The notes: generated by a model not told the origin, from the letters alone. Shown: positions 18,222 through 27,305, numbered from the stretch's first letter. The stretch: 33,506 nt of DNA from an uncultured Synergistaceae bacterium (GCA_964486375.1 CAZAMZ010000001.1:1-33506); one strand, 5' to 3'. Program-made: numbers and translations.

Positions 18222-20264
18222 CTAATTAACACTGTCCTCCAACCCGTTTGGGGCTATCCTTGTATATTTTGTTTCGAATTTCAGCGGAGTGAAAACCCTC
18301 CCGCCGCCGCTGTAAAACTTGCTGAAAAATTCGACATACTGAAGGCGGAGAGAATGGATAAAGGATCCAAGCACATTGACCACAACGCTGAAAAGATGAC
18401 CCCCGAAAAAGATCAGAATTGCAAGGAGCCAACCGACATAGGGGATGCCGGACACAAGGCCTGTAAGCGTATTGACTATCATGGCTATGGCAGAGGTGGC
18501 TAGGCCCAGGGCAAGCAGGCGGCTATAGCTCAGCACATCTCCAAGATAGGAGGTGATATTGTATAGGCTCAACACTCCCGATAATGCCTTTCGGATTATC
18601 CCGGGTTTGTCCCTGCCCTGCGTTGCGACAAGGGTCAGGGCACCAGCCGCTGCCAGGGCTTTTCCTGCGAAAAGAGCGCTGGCGCCTCCAAGACCGAAGG
18701 ACGAGCCTCCCCATACAAGTATTCCTGCAATAAGAGCGAGCCAGCCTCCCTGGTCTCCAAGGGCAGCCACGATATCCCCTTTCCTTAAGGCATCCCACAT
18801 GGCGATCAGGATACCGAACATTATCTGCACTACTCCAAGGGCCAGGGATATTGCAAGAAATGTGATAGGGTCGTTCATGGGTCTGATCATTACGAAGCTG
18901 TCCTTCAAGGCACGCAGGGGCTTGAATACTCCGAACACGTCTATCATATCCCCCAGCCAGCTCCCTGTTAAGGCGCCGACAATGATCGTGGAAACGCTTC
19001 CAAGCAGCAGCAGCATGAAAAAGTTCCTGGTATCCCCTGAAAGCCTGTATCTTACAAGGGCAAAAAGGAAGAAAGCTCCCATAACAAGGCCATATCCTCC
19101 ATCACCAAGGCACATGCCGAAAAACAGGAAGAAAAACGGAGCCATGACTACCGTCGGGTCGATCCCCTCGTAGGAGGGCATTCCATATAGTTTGGTAAGG
19201 GGGGAGAACGGGGAAGCCCATCGGGGGTTTTCAAGAATGATCGGAGGATGCTCCCCTGGAAGGGGATCTTCAACGCTGACATCTATCAGTTTTATGCAAG
19301 GCTTGAGGGCTTTTTCCAGTTCCATTATCCTGTCCGATGGTACCCAGAGGGAAATGGACGACACCTTTTCTGTTGATTCCCCTGAGGAGCCGGCCTCACG
19401 CCTGCCGGAGACTATCATCAGCAAATCGTGGATCTTCCTGACGGTGGGGACCCACTCTGAAGCCATTTTACGTGATTCTGAATCCGCCTTTGAAATCGCT
19501 TCCGAAAGATTTTCACGGAGAGAGACCATCCTTTCGATCTCTTTTTCGGGAATATCCTCGATGCCCTGAGGGCAATCAACCCGTGAGAAACCGCAAGAAG
19601 CAGCATTCTCCATAACTTTCTGCTCGAGGGATCTTGGAAAAACAAGAACGGCCATGGTCTCCGGTGCCTTTTCAGCTGTCGGGGCGACGTAGATCTCGCC
19701 CTGTCCCTCGATCATCTCAAGGAAGGATTCTTTCAGGCTCTCGCTCTTGCTGGTGGCAATTGTACCCATAATTCCCATGAGCCTTTCCGTACCCCTGGCA
19801 ACGACCCACATCGGCAGGTCGAGACCCCTTAAAGGATCCAGAAGCTCAAGATGGTTCGATAACTGGGACATCTCGGAGCGCATCTCGGATATGCGCCTCT
19901 CGAGTCTTCTTGCCTCAGCCGCCATACTTTCGATGTCGGTTTTCTCCATAAGGGTGCCCAGTTCAGTTAATGAGACAGGAGGTTTGGGGCCGAGGAGCCG
20001 TTCAAGCATTCCGCCCTCTTCTTTAAAAAGAGGTTCGAGGAACCTTAGAAGAAACCGGCTGTCGGAAAGGCGTCTTTCCAGTCCGGGAATATCTCGTGTC
20101 CTGGAACTTTCCGGGGGTGGAGCGGATCGCTGTCTCGTGGCCCCTTCTCCGTCTTCGCCCGGGATGATCTCACAACAGCCGAGGGCCTGAAGGGCCGCAA
20201 CGACCTCATCCAGGATGTCGTGATGTGAAAGGATCCGGACCCTCTTAACCCTTGCTACTGCCAT
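18222..20264 (-). CDS. atpI: V/A-type ATPase subunit I (stator a-subunit)
   Basis: About 680-aa ORF with a soluble N-terminal half (MAVARVKRVRILSHHDILDEVVAALQALG) and a polytopic C-terminal half containing the conserved SYSRLLALGLA arginine motif. Start chosen at the second ATG (20262..20264); the track start is 20288. Confidence 0.92.
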   Translation of the reverse strand: MAVARVKRVRILSHHDILDEVVAALQALGCCEIIPGEDGEGATRQRSAPPPESSRTRDIPGLERRLSDSRFLLRFLEPLFKEEGGMLERLLGPKPPVSLTELGTLMEKTDIESMAAEARRLERRISEMRSEMSQLSNHLELLDPLRGLDLPMWVVARGTERLMGIMGTIATSKSESLKESFLEMIEGQGEIYVAPTAEKAPETMAVLVFPRSLEQKVMENAASCGFSRVDCPQGIEDIPEKEIERMVSLRENLSEAISKADSESRKMASEWVPTVRKIHDLLMIVSGRREAGSSGESTEKVSSISLWVPSDRIMELEKALKPCIKLIDVSVEDPLPGEHPPIILENPRWASPFSPLTKLYGMPSYEGIDPTVVMAPFFFLFFGMCLGDGGYGLVMGAFFLFALVRYRLSGDTRNFFMLLLLGSVSTIIVGALTGSWLGDMIDVFGVFKPLRALKDSFVMIRPMNDPITFLAISLALGVVQIMFGILIAMWDALRKGDIVAALGDQGGWLALIAGILVWGGSSFGLGGASALFAGKALAAAGALTLVATQGRDKPGIIRKALSGVLSLYNITSYLGDVLSYSRLLALGLATSAIAMIVNTLTGLVSGIPYVGWLLAILIFFGGHLFSVVVNVLGSFIHSLRLQYVEFFSKFYSGGGRVFTPLKFETKYTRIAPNGLEDSVN

Positions 20265-20577
20265 ATCGTGCGAACACCTCTTCGGCAACCCAGGAGGCTG
20301 CTTCCTCGACCCGGCCTCCCTGGCTTTTTACAAGTGCTCCGGCTTCAGTTCTTCCTTTTTCGATTATCGCTCCGGACTCTTTTTCGGCTTCTTCCTCAAG
20401 TTTAAGGATGGTGTCCCTTAAGGTCCTGTGGTACTTCTGGCGGGATTCCTTGGTTAACTCCTCAGCTTCGGTTTTAGCCTGCGCTACGATCCGGGCTCCT
20501 TCGGAGCGAGCTTCCTGAACTGTCTGCCTTGCCCTGGTTTCCGCTTCGGTGATCTCTTCCGCGATGTTTTTCGGCAC
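20245..20577 (-). CDS. V/A-type ATPase small peripheral-stalk subunit (G/H-like coiled coil)
   Basis: 110-aa Ala/Glu/Lys/Arg-rich ORF (AEEITEAETRARQTVQEARSEGARIVAQAKTEAEELTKE). It is the first gene of the operon, has a GTG start, and has GGGAGG 8 nt upstream. Confidence 0.75.
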   Translation of the reverse strand: MPKNIAEEITEAETRARQTVQEARSEGARIVAQAKTEAEELTKESRQKYHRTLRDTILKLEEEAEKESGAIIEKGRTEAGALVKSQGGRVEEAASWVAEEVFARYGSSKG

Positions 20578-20638
20578 TTGGACAACCTCCCGGCATGCAT
20601 AATACTGTATAAAGGGATATTTTTAACAAACCTTCACG

Positions 20639-20668
20639 ATTCTACTGGTCTGGACCTGCCTCTGTCAA
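20639..20668 (-). promoter_or_regulatory. Candidate sigma70-type promoter of the V/A-ATPase operon
   Basis: The minus strand reads TTGACA (20663..20668), an 18-nt spacer, then TAGAAT (20639..20644). This lies about 60 nt upstream of the first ATPase gene. Confidence 0.5.
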
Positions 20669-20801
20669 CTCGGTATACCTGATACGTCAGAAGAATCCTT
20701 ATCTGAAATTCTTCTTTCTATTGGGTCCTTTATTCCTGTCATCATCAAGAGGGGCTAGATCGATCCAGGCAGGTCCCACATCAAGAATAGCATAAAAAAA
20801 A

Positions 20802-20877
20802 TGGAGCGGACAACGGGATTCGAACCCGCGACCCTCGGCTTGGGAAGCCGATGCTCTACCAGCTGAGCTATGTCCGC
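20802..20877 (-). tRNA. tRNA-Gly (anticodon CCC), CCA encoded
   Basis: The minus strand reads GCGGACATAGCTCAGCTGGTAGAGCATCGGCTTCCCAAGCCGAGGGTCGCGGGTTCGAATCCCGTTGTCCGCTCCA. It forms a cloverleaf with a 7-bp acceptor stem, anticodon loop TTCCCAA and a GTTCGAATC T-loop. Confidence 0.92.
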
Positions 20878-20889
20878 CCTCGATGGCTC

Positions 20890-20918
20890 ATTATAATTGG
20901 CGGGAAATGGTTTGGCAA
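20890..20918 (-). promoter_or_regulatory. Candidate promoter for tRNA-Gly
   Basis: The minus strand reads TTGCCA (20913..20918), a 17-nt spacer, then TATAAT (20890..20895). The -10 box ends 12 nt before the mature tRNA 5' end. Confidence 0.55.
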
Positions 20919-20937
20919 TAAAAAAGTTTCCCCGCGA

Positions 20938-22311
20938 TCACTGCTTTTCAAAAACGGCAATGGATTCTACATGGAAGGTCTGAGGGAACATATCGAAAGG
21001 CCTTGCACTCTTGAGGCGATACCCGTTCATCACAAGGAAAGCGCAATCCCTGGCAAGAGTGGCAGGATCGCAGGAAATGTAAACCACAACTGAAGGGGCG
21101 AGCTCTTTCAGGCCCATCAGCACTCTTTCCGAGCACCCTTTTCTCGGTGGATCCATTACTACCGCATCAAATTTTCTCCCTGAAAGGTTTTCCACTGCTG
21201 TTTCAGCACTGGTCCCGATCATTTCGATCGATCCGGAAAGGTCGTTGTTTTCCGCGTTGATCCTCAGGAAAGAGACAGACTCAGGCCATTCTTCGACCGC
21301 ACAGACTTTTCGCCCCTTCCTGGCCAGGAAGAGGGTCAGGGCACCGGTACCGCAGTACAGTTCCAGCACACTGCCTATCCCGTAATTGTCGAGAATTTCC
21401 ACTGCGGCTTTGAAAAGATTCCCGGCCTGTCTTGTATTGACCTGGAAAAAAGAAGTGGGTCCATATTTCAGGGAAAAGGGTCCCAGGGTCTCAATGATCT
21501 CCGGCTTGCCCAGGATCGGCCTGGACGATCTCCCAAAGATCGTGTTGCCTGGCTGGGCGTTGTAATTGGCAACTACTCCCCCAATCCTCTCCGATATGTC
21601 GAACAGGGATCGTGAAAAGTCATTGAAGGCTCTCTCCTGGTTAGAGGATGCCGGACGATTAAGTACCGGCACTATTAGAAGAGAACGGCCCAGATCTCCT
21701 GATCTGACGACGATATGCCTCAGACATCCTGCCTGTCTTTTTTCATCATACAGATCCAGCGTGGTGTTCTTCAAAAGTAATGACATCGGGGAAATGAGAG
21801 ACTCTATTCCGGGTTCCAGGACAGGGCAAACATCGATCGGCACCAGGTCGTGGGATCCCTCCCTGAAAAAACCTATGGACTTCACCGATCTTTCAGAACT
21901 CACAGGAAAGGATGCCTTGTTGCGGTATCCCCATTGAACAGGAGAAGGTTCACAAGGGGGGGTGTCAAAGTTCCTTATCCCGGCTATCCTTTTTATAGCG
22001 TCATCAAGGGACTGCCTTTTAAGGTCTTTCTGAAGGCCGTATGAAGCATGCTGCAGCGCGCAACCCCCGCAGATACCGAACCATGGACATCTGGGTACGA
22101 CTCGGCCGGGGTTCGGCTCGATCACCTTTTCCAACTCCATGATACCGTAGGATCTCTTTTCAACGGTTACTTTGCCGCGGATCCTCTCCCCGGGCAGGGC
22201 GCCGCTTACAAACAGCACGAATCTCCCTTCCCCCAGACGGGTTATTCCCTGCCCTCGGCTGTTTGTGGTTTCGATAATGACTTCAAGATTTTTCCCCTTC
22301 AAAACACCCAT
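20938..22311 (-). CDS. RumA/RlmD-family 23S rRNA (uracil-C5)-methyltransferase (TRAM domain, 4Fe-4S site, SAM methyltransferase)
   Basis: 457-aa ORF with an N-terminal TRAM-like region (GQGITRLGEGRFVLFVSGALPGERIRGKV), a Cys cluster (CPWFGICGGCALQH), a SAM motif (VLELYCGTGALTL), and a catalytic region (DPPRKG...YISCDPATLARD). Confidence 0.88.
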   Translation of the reverse strand: MGVLKGKNLEVIIETTNSRGQGITRLGEGRFVLFVSGALPGERIRGKVTVEKRSYGIMELEKVIEPNPGRVVPRCPWFGICGGCALQHASYGLQKDLKRQSLDDAIKRIAGIRNFDTPPCEPSPVQWGYRNKASFPVSSERSVKSIGFFREGSHDLVPIDVCPVLEPGIESLISPMSLLLKNTTLDLYDEKRQAGCLRHIVVRSGDLGRSLLIVPVLNRPASSNQERAFNDFSRSLFDISERIGGVVANYNAQPGNTIFGRSSRPILGKPEIIETLGPFSLKYGPTSFFQVNTRQAGNLFKAAVEILDNYGIGSVLELYCGTGALTLFLARKGRKVCAVEEWPESVSFLRINAENNDLSGSIEMIGTSAETAVENLSGRKFDAVVMDPPRKGCSERVLMGLKELAPSVVVYISCDPATLARDCAFLVMNGYRLKSARPFDMFPQTFHVESIAVFEKQ

Positions 22312-22362
22312 CTACGATCCTCTCTTCATAATTGGCACAAAAAACCACTGGCCTTAGTTCAG

Positions 22363-22392
22363 AAAAAAGCGGAAGGCATTTGGGCCTTCCGC
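22363..22392 (-). terminator. Intrinsic terminator after the oxidoreductase operon
   Basis: A 9-bp perfect stem GCGGAAGGC/GCCTTCCGC (22369..22377 and 22384..22392) with a 6-nt loop, followed on the minus strand by TTTTTT. It lies about 30 nt past the gamma-subunit stop. Confidence 0.7.
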
Positions 22393-22423
22393 CAAAAATA
22401 CGATCCTTGATAACTTTTTCCGG

Positions 22424-22978
22424 TTATTTCTTTTCCTTCATTAGCCGGTAGCCTTCGTTGAAGGCCTTTTCATTCATCTCTTCCGTTCCCTTGGGGACCC
22501 TGGCAAGGATCGCTTTCTTTACGGAATCGGGCTTCATCAGTTCAAGGGTTTCAAGGATCCTGGCCGTCACACCCAGGGCCACCATGTTGGTGACCAGTTC
22601 TCTTCCGATCTTTTCTCTGGCTGTCTTGACAATGGGGAGCATCAGAACCTCGGCTTTGCTTTGAGGGACCGACGAAACGTATGTGTCATCGACTATTGCA
22701 ATACCGCCCTCGCCTGTCTCGGAAAGGAACTCGTCACATGAGGTCTGGTTAAGGATGATCTGAAGGTCAGGGAACGTGGCCTTCGGATAATCGATCTCAC
22801 CCCTGGAGATGACCACTTCGGATTTGGATTTTCCACCCCGCGCCTCTGGACCGTAAGCCTGTGACTGCACGGCGTTAAGACCTTCAAAGATAGCGGCAGC
22901 TTCTCCAACCACGACGGCGGCAAGGATCACGCCCTGTCCCCCTGAACCGGCAAATCTTATCTCGTATCTGTCTCTCAT
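22424..22978 (-). CDS. korC: 2-oxoacid:ferredoxin oxidoreductase gamma subunit (probably 2-oxoglutarate-specific)
   Basis: 184-aa ORF RFAGSGGQGVILAAVVVGEAA...AYGPEARGG, which is the OFOR gamma-domain signature. ATGA overlap with the beta subunit. Confidence 0.85.
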   Translation of the reverse strand: MRDRYEIRFAGSGGQGVILAAVVVGEAAAIFEGLNAVQSQAYGPEARGGKSKSEVVISRGEIDYPKATFPDLQIILNQTSCDEFLSETGEGGIAIVDDTYVSSVPQSKAEVLMLPIVKTAREKIGRELVTNMVALGVTARILETLELMKPDSVKKAILARVPKGTEEMNEKAFNEGYRLMKEKK

Positions 22979-23799
22979 GCCTTGTCTCCCCCCAGCCTGG
23001 ATATCAGTTTGAGGTAAAGGTCAGTATATTCCGGGGCTTCGCGCTTGACGAACTCCCCGGTCACGATCTTTCCTTCAAGGTCCTCAGGGATCATCGCCTG
23101 GGCTTTTGCCAGGGGAACGGAATTGTTTTTGAAAAAGTTGATGTTGTCCACGGGAGTTCTTCTGTTGTTCTTCCTGCCGAACTGTGTATGACAGCTGGAT
23201 ATGATCTCTACCACTGAAAAACCGTTGTTTGCCAGACCATTCCTTATATATTGCTCACAGATCACGGGCTGTGCGATCGTTGCCCTGGCAACGTAGGTTG
23301 CTCCTGCCCCCTGTGCGAGCTTGCAAACATCAAACGGCGGATCAATTGCTCCGTAGGGCGCTGTCGTAGCCTTGGCTCCCGGGGGAGTGGTGGGAGACGC
23401 CTGCCCCCCTGTCATTCCGTAAATGTTGTTGTTCATCACGACTGCAGTGATCCCGATATTCCTTCTGCAGGCGTGAATAAAATGGTTGCCCCCTATGGCG
23501 GTGCAATCGCCGTCTCCCATGACGTCAACTATCGTAAGTCCGGGATTCGCCAGTTTGATACCCGTTGCAAAAGCAAGTGATCTGCCATGGGTTGTATGGA
23601 TGGTGCAAGCATCTATATAACCCGGCATGCGGCTGGAACATCCTATGCCCGATGCTATTACGGTCTCATCCCTGGTTTTCCCTGAGTCCACGAGAGCCCT
23701 GAGTATAGCATGGAGAATTATCCCGTGTCCGCAGCCAGGACACCACATGTGGGGGAAAAACCTTTTCCTCAACCAGCCAAGCACTTCAGGACGGGGCAT
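22975..23799 (-). CDS. korB: 2-oxoacid:ferredoxin oxidoreductase beta subunit (TPP-binding)
   Basis: 274-aa ORF with WCPGCGHG, the TPP motif GDGDCTAIGGNHFIHA, and NNNIYGMTGGQ. Confidence 0.88.
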   Translation of the reverse strand: MPRPEVLGWLRKRFFPHMWCPGCGHGIILHAILRALVDSGKTRDETVIASGIGCSSRMPGYIDACTIHTTHGRSLAFATGIKLANPGLTIVDVMGDGDCTAIGGNHFIHACRRNIGITAVVMNNNIYGMTGGQASPTTPPGAKATTAPYGAIDPPFDVCKLAQGAGATYVARATIAQPVICEQYIRNGLANNGFSVVEIISSCHTQFGRKNNRRTPVDNINFFKNNSVPLAKAQAMIPEDLEGKIVTGEFVKREAPEYTDLYLKLISRLGGDKA

Positions 23800-24944
23800 T
23801 ATCTGGCCACCTCCTCGATTTTGCTGAGAATTTCGGAGGGCTGGAATAGTTCACCGTTGACAAGGCTCATCTGGATGATACCCGCTTTCCCGTGAACTGC
23901 CCGCTCCACCTCATGTACCATCTGACCGAAGTTAAGTTCCGGGACAATAAGGGTTCCAGCTTTTCCAGCCAGTTCCTCTATCTCCCTGTCCGGGAAAGGC
24001 CAAAGGGTAACGGGCCTGAAGTATCCGACCTTGATGTTCTTTGCCCTCGCCTGTCTGACAGCACTCAAAGCGGTCCTTGCGACGCTGCCGTATGCCACAA
24101 CGATCATTTCCGCGTCCCCGACGCTTTCTGTCTCATACTCGACTATCTCATCCCTGTAGGCATTTACCTTGTCCATTAGTCTGGCCGATTTTGCGGCAAT
24201 CTCAGCGGCACAGTTGGTCGGGAAACCCCACTCGTTATGAGTGAGTCCTGTTATGTGCCACCTGTAGCCGTCACCAAAAGAAGCCATTGGCGGGAGGTTG
24301 TCCTCGGGATCAGGCTTGTAGGCCATGAATTCATCAGGGCTGCAGGTCGGTTTTTTCCTGTCGACAAGGTTAAGGGAAGCTGTATCAGGCACTACCACTT
24401 TCTCCCTCATATGTCCGAGCACCTCGTCGCTCATTATCAGCACGGGCTGCCTGTAACGCTCCGCCATGTTGAAAGCCTTGATGGCTACTTCATAACACTC
24501 CTGGACGGAGGAAGGGGCATAGGCGATGGTAGCATGGTCACCATGGGTCCCCCATCGTGCCTGCATGACATCCTGTTGGGCGATCGATGTCGGCAGTCCG
24601 GTCGATGGACCTCCACGCATGACGTCGACTATTACGATAGGGATCTCTGCCATGTAGGCAAGGCCCATGTTTTCCTGTTTCAGCGAGAACCCGGGTCCGG
24701 ACGTTGCCGTCATGGATTTGTAACCGGCAACTGAACCGCCGATTGTAGCAGCTATGCCGGCGATCTCGTCCTCCATCTGGATGAATCTCCCGTTAACCTT
24801 AGGGAGTTCTTCAGACATCACTTCGGCTATCTCCGAGGATGGGGTTATAGGATACCCCCCGAAAAAACGGCATCCTGCAGCTATGGCTCCATAGGCCAGC
24901 GACACGTTGCCCTGCCAGAATTCAACCCTGGGCATCATCAGCAC
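23799..24944 (-). CDS. korA: 2-oxoacid:ferredoxin oxidoreductase alpha subunit
   Basis: 381-aa ORF GNVSLAYGAIAAGCRFFGGYPITPSSEI...TATSGPGFSL, the OFOR alpha signature. Its start overlaps the delta stop. Confidence 0.88.
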   Translation of the reverse strand: MLMMPRVEFWQGNVSLAYGAIAAGCRFFGGYPITPSSEIAEVMSEELPKVNGRFIQMEDEIAGIAATIGGSVAGYKSMTATSGPGFSLKQENMGLAYMAEIPIVIVDVMRGGPSTGLPTSIAQQDVMQARWGTHGDHATIAYAPSSVQECYEVAIKAFNMAERYRQPVLIMSDEVLGHMREKVVVPDTASLNLVDRKKPTCSPDEFMAYKPDPEDNLPPMASFGDGYRWHITGLTHNEWGFPTNCAAEIAAKSARLMDKVNAYRDEIVEYETESVGDAEMIVVAYGSVARTALSAVRQARAKNIKVGYFRPVTLWPFPDREIEELAGKAGTLIVPELNFGQMVHEVERAVHGKAGIIQMSLVNGELFQPSEILSKIEEVAR

Positions 24945-25146
24945 TCCCCTCTACTGTAATTGCGAGGTCAGGACAAATGTTCTCGCACTGCATGCAGCCT
25001 ATGCAATCCTGAACTCTCGCGGGGGTGGATTTGAGGTTGTTGTCGAAATCGAAAACCTTCTTGGGACAGATAGCCAGGCAAAGTCCGCAACCTTTGCACC
25101 AATGGGAGTTAACAACGACCGAGTACTTTTTCGGCAAACAACTCAC
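24922..25146 (-). CDS. korD: 2-oxoacid:ferredoxin oxidoreductase delta subunit (2x[4Fe-4S] ferredoxin)
   Basis: 74-aa ORF with CKGCGLCLAICP and CIGCMQCENICP motifs. The track start is a GTG right against the RBS-like GGAAGG, so a TTG three codons downstream (25135..25137) may be the real start. Confidence 0.85.
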   Translation of the reverse strand: MSCLPKKYSVVVNSHWCKGCGLCLAICPKKVFDFDNNLKSTPARVQDCIGCMQCENICPDLAITVEGSADDAQG

Positions 25147-25191
25147 CTTCCTTCAAATCGGTAGATCCCTGGAGGGATTATTTCCTTGGCC

Positions 25192-25220
25192 ATTATGCCA
25201 TCTTGTGAGAACAGGTACAA
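25192..25220 (-). promoter_or_regulatory. Candidate sigma70-type promoter of the oxidoreductase operon
   Basis: The minus strand reads TTGTAC (25215..25220), a 17-nt spacer, then CATAAT (25192..25197). An AT-rich stretch lies upstream, and an ATCCCT-GG-AGGGAT inverted repeat at 25165..25178 lies in the leader. Confidence 0.45.
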
Positions 25221-25298
25221 GCCTTATTGGTATCTATATATTGAATATTGCATTACAAATGGAAATTTACCATCAAGTGTAAACAATTTTAGAACACG

Positions 25299-25330
25299 AA
25301 TAAAATGGAGGGGATGAATTGACCATCCCC
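25299..25330 (-). terminator. Probable intrinsic terminator after the flavoenzyme operon
   Basis: A 7-bp stem GGGGATG/CATCCCC (25310..25316 and 25324..25330) with a 7-nt loop, followed on the minus strand by TCCATTTTATT. It lies about 30 nt past the stop at 25361. Confidence 0.5.
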
Positions 25331-25360
25331 CCCTTGCTGCCAGGATGCAGCGGGATTGAA

Positions 25361-26512
25361 CTATACGACGGCTGGTTCGATGAGAAGTTCTCCTCTTTCG
25401 AACCTGCTGTAATGCAGCATGTCGATCGGGATCCAGGGCTCCTGACCGAGAATCAGCTGGGCCAGAAGTTCCCCTGAGATCGGTCCGAACATGAAACCGT
25501 GACCTGAATATCCACAGGAAAGGAAAAATCCTTTAACGTTGTCTGCTTCGCAGAGAACAGGCTGCCTGTCGGGAGTCATGTTGTAAAGACCTGACCATTG
25601 CCTTACCACCCTTACTCCTCTGGTTCTGGGGAGCAGTTTGATGAAGGTCCTGGACATCATCTCCAGGAAATCCCATGATGAACCCATTTCAAAATCTTCC
25701 GGGTGACCTTCAGGGCTGCACCCTCCTATGATCGAGCCGTGAGGTCTTTGCTGTATGTAATAGTTGCCGGAAAAACTCATCAGCATGGGAGGGCAGACAC
25801 CAGGCTCCACCGGCTCTGTTATCAGGATCTCATGCCTCTCGGAAAAATTCGGAATATTCACTCCCGCCATTTTTGCGATCACCTGCGAGTAACCGCCTGC
25901 AGCATTGACAACTATCGGGGCATCGATCTCCCCCCGGTTGGTCACCACTCCGGCGATCCGCCCCGAGACGGTCTTTACATCGGTAACTTCCGTAAACCTG
26001 TAGAAATCAACTCCGAGCCTTTTAGCTGCTTCCATGTAGGCGAAAGTAGTAAGGAATGGATCTGCGTGGCCATCCCTGTCGTGGAATGTGAATCCCACTG
26101 CGTCCTCAGCAGCCAGCCCGGGGCAGATCTCCCTGGCTTCGGAATATGACACTACCCTGGTGTTTATCCCCAGGCTGTTCTGCAGTTTCATGCTCTTCTG
26201 GAGCTGGTCGAACTCACTGTCCTTGTAGGCCACCATGAGATAGCCGCTCTGGTTGAGCCCGCAGTCCATGCCGAGTTCCTCATGGAGTTGTTCGAACTTC
26301 TCGACAGATGCAAGGCCAAAACGGCAGTTCATCTCTGTGCCCCACTGGGCCCTTATACCTGCACCGCACCTGCCTGTCGAACCCGAGCAGATAGTCCCTT
26401 TTTCGAGAACAACGATATCCTTTATACCCATTTTGGCCATGTTATAGGCAATGGAGCAACCTTGTACTCCGGCCCCGATCACAACGACATCGGCTGTCCT
26501 CTTAAGGGTCAT
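25361..26512 (-). CDS. DAO-family FAD-dependent amine/amino-acid dehydrogenase (sarcosine oxidase beta / HcnC / L-proline dehydrogenase beta-like)
   Basis: 383-aa ORF with an N-terminal dinucleotide fold (DVVVIGAGVQGCSIAYNMAK) and a C-terminal GHGFMFGP motif typical of the DAO family. It is the last gene of a five-gene operon. Confidence 0.85.
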   Translation of the reverse strand: MTLKRTADVVVIGAGVQGCSIAYNMAKMGIKDIVVLEKGTICSGSTGRCGAGIRAQWGTEMNCRFGLASVEKFEQLHEELGMDCGLNQSGYLMVAYKDSEFDQLQKSMKLQNSLGINTRVVSYSEAREICPGLAAEDAVGFTFHDRDGHADPFLTTFAYMEAAKRLGVDFYRFTEVTDVKTVSGRIAGVVTNRGEIDAPIVVNAAGGYSQVIAKMAGVNIPNFSERHEILITEPVEPGVCPPMLMSFSGNYYIQQRPHGSIIGGCSPEGHPEDFEMGSSWDFLEMMSRTFIKLLPRTRGVRVVRQWSGLYNMTPDRQPVLCEADNVKGFFLSCGYSGHGFMFGPISGELLAQLILGQEPWIPIDMLHYSRFERGELLIEPAVV

Positions 26513-26793
26513 TATCTGTCGCCCCCCTCGGCAAGAACGGCAAGCTTGACCGGTTTTGCGGGGGGACGGAAAGTTCCTGGGTCGATGTCAGCCACCGGGA
26601 CGCCTGTCTTTGAAGAGATCTCGCGAAGGATCATCTCCCGGCAGCCCCTTCCCTGGCACGGCCCCATACCGACTCGAAGCACTCTTTTAAGTTCATCGAA
26701 GGTTTCGTAACCCTTGGCGATCCATTCCCTGATCTCGCCCAGGGTGATCTCCTCACACCGGCAGATCACGATATCCTCCTGTTTCCCGCTCAT
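26512..26793 (-). CDS. Small BFD-like [2Fe-2S]-binding protein (delta-like subunit)
   Basis: 93-aa ORF with CRCEEIT...GPCQGRGC, the bacterioferritin-associated-ferredoxin-like four-Cys pattern. It overlaps both neighbouring genes (1 nt and 4 nt). Confidence 0.75.
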   Translation of the reverse strand: MSGKQEDIVICRCEEITLGEIREWIAKGYETFDELKRVLRVGMGPCQGRGCREMILREISSKTGVPVADIDPGTFRPPAKPVKLAVLAEGGDR

Positions 26794-27305
26794 GCCTGCT
26801 TCACCACCCTGATAGTGCGGATATTCATGACCAGGTCCCTGGGAACTTCAACATGGACGACCATTGTCCTGTCATGCATCGGCTCAAGCACCTTCACTAT
26901 CTTGCCCTTTGAGACAACCTCGCCGACCCGGTCCAGGCATTCGACGACCTCTCCCTCCTGCGGGAGGGGAAGCATCTCGTAAGGAAGCTTCATCAGGGCC
27001 ACATCGTCACCGCCCCAGGTAAGATCGACGACAAAACAGGCCAGACCAGGGCATACTGCAACGCACCTTGCGCACCCTGTACATTTATCATAATCGATCT
27101 CGGGCTGGTCGTTTATGTCACTGAAAGGTTTGACAGCCCCTGTGGGACAGCTGGTATGACAGGGATTACAGGGAATCCTCTGTGGACATTCGATAATGAC
27201 AAGCCCGTTCTTTTTGCTTTCCCAAAGATCCCTGGGGGGCTCGATGGCACCTTTACGGGCTTCGGTAAGCACTCCTCCGTTAAAAAGTCTTTCCTTTTGG
27301 TTCAA
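26790..27305 (-). CDS. Dicluster 4Fe-4S ferredoxin-domain subunit with a C-terminal extension (gamma-like subunit)
   Basis: 171-aa ORF with CPQRIPCNPCHTSCP and CTGCARCVAVCP motifs, followed by an uncharacterised C-terminal domain of about 80 aa. Confidence 0.75.
   Translation of the reverse strand: MNQKERLFNGGVLTEARKGAIEPPRDLWESKKNGLVIIECPQRIPCNPCHTSCPTGAVKPFSDINDQPEIDYDKCTGCARCVAVCPGLACFVVDLTWGGDDVALMKLPYEMLPLPQEGEVVECLDRVGEVVSKGKIVKVLEPMHDRTMVVHVEVPRDLVMNIRTIRVVKQA

Noticed and set aside
20851-21093. Plus-strand ORFs crossing the tRNA genes: 20851..21093 over tRNA-Gly, and 32175..32390 and 32252..32521 over tRNA-Val.
   Set aside because: They start inside or run through tRNA sequence (for example MLYQLSYVRP is the antisense reading of a tRNA D/anticodon arm) and continue antisense into real genes.
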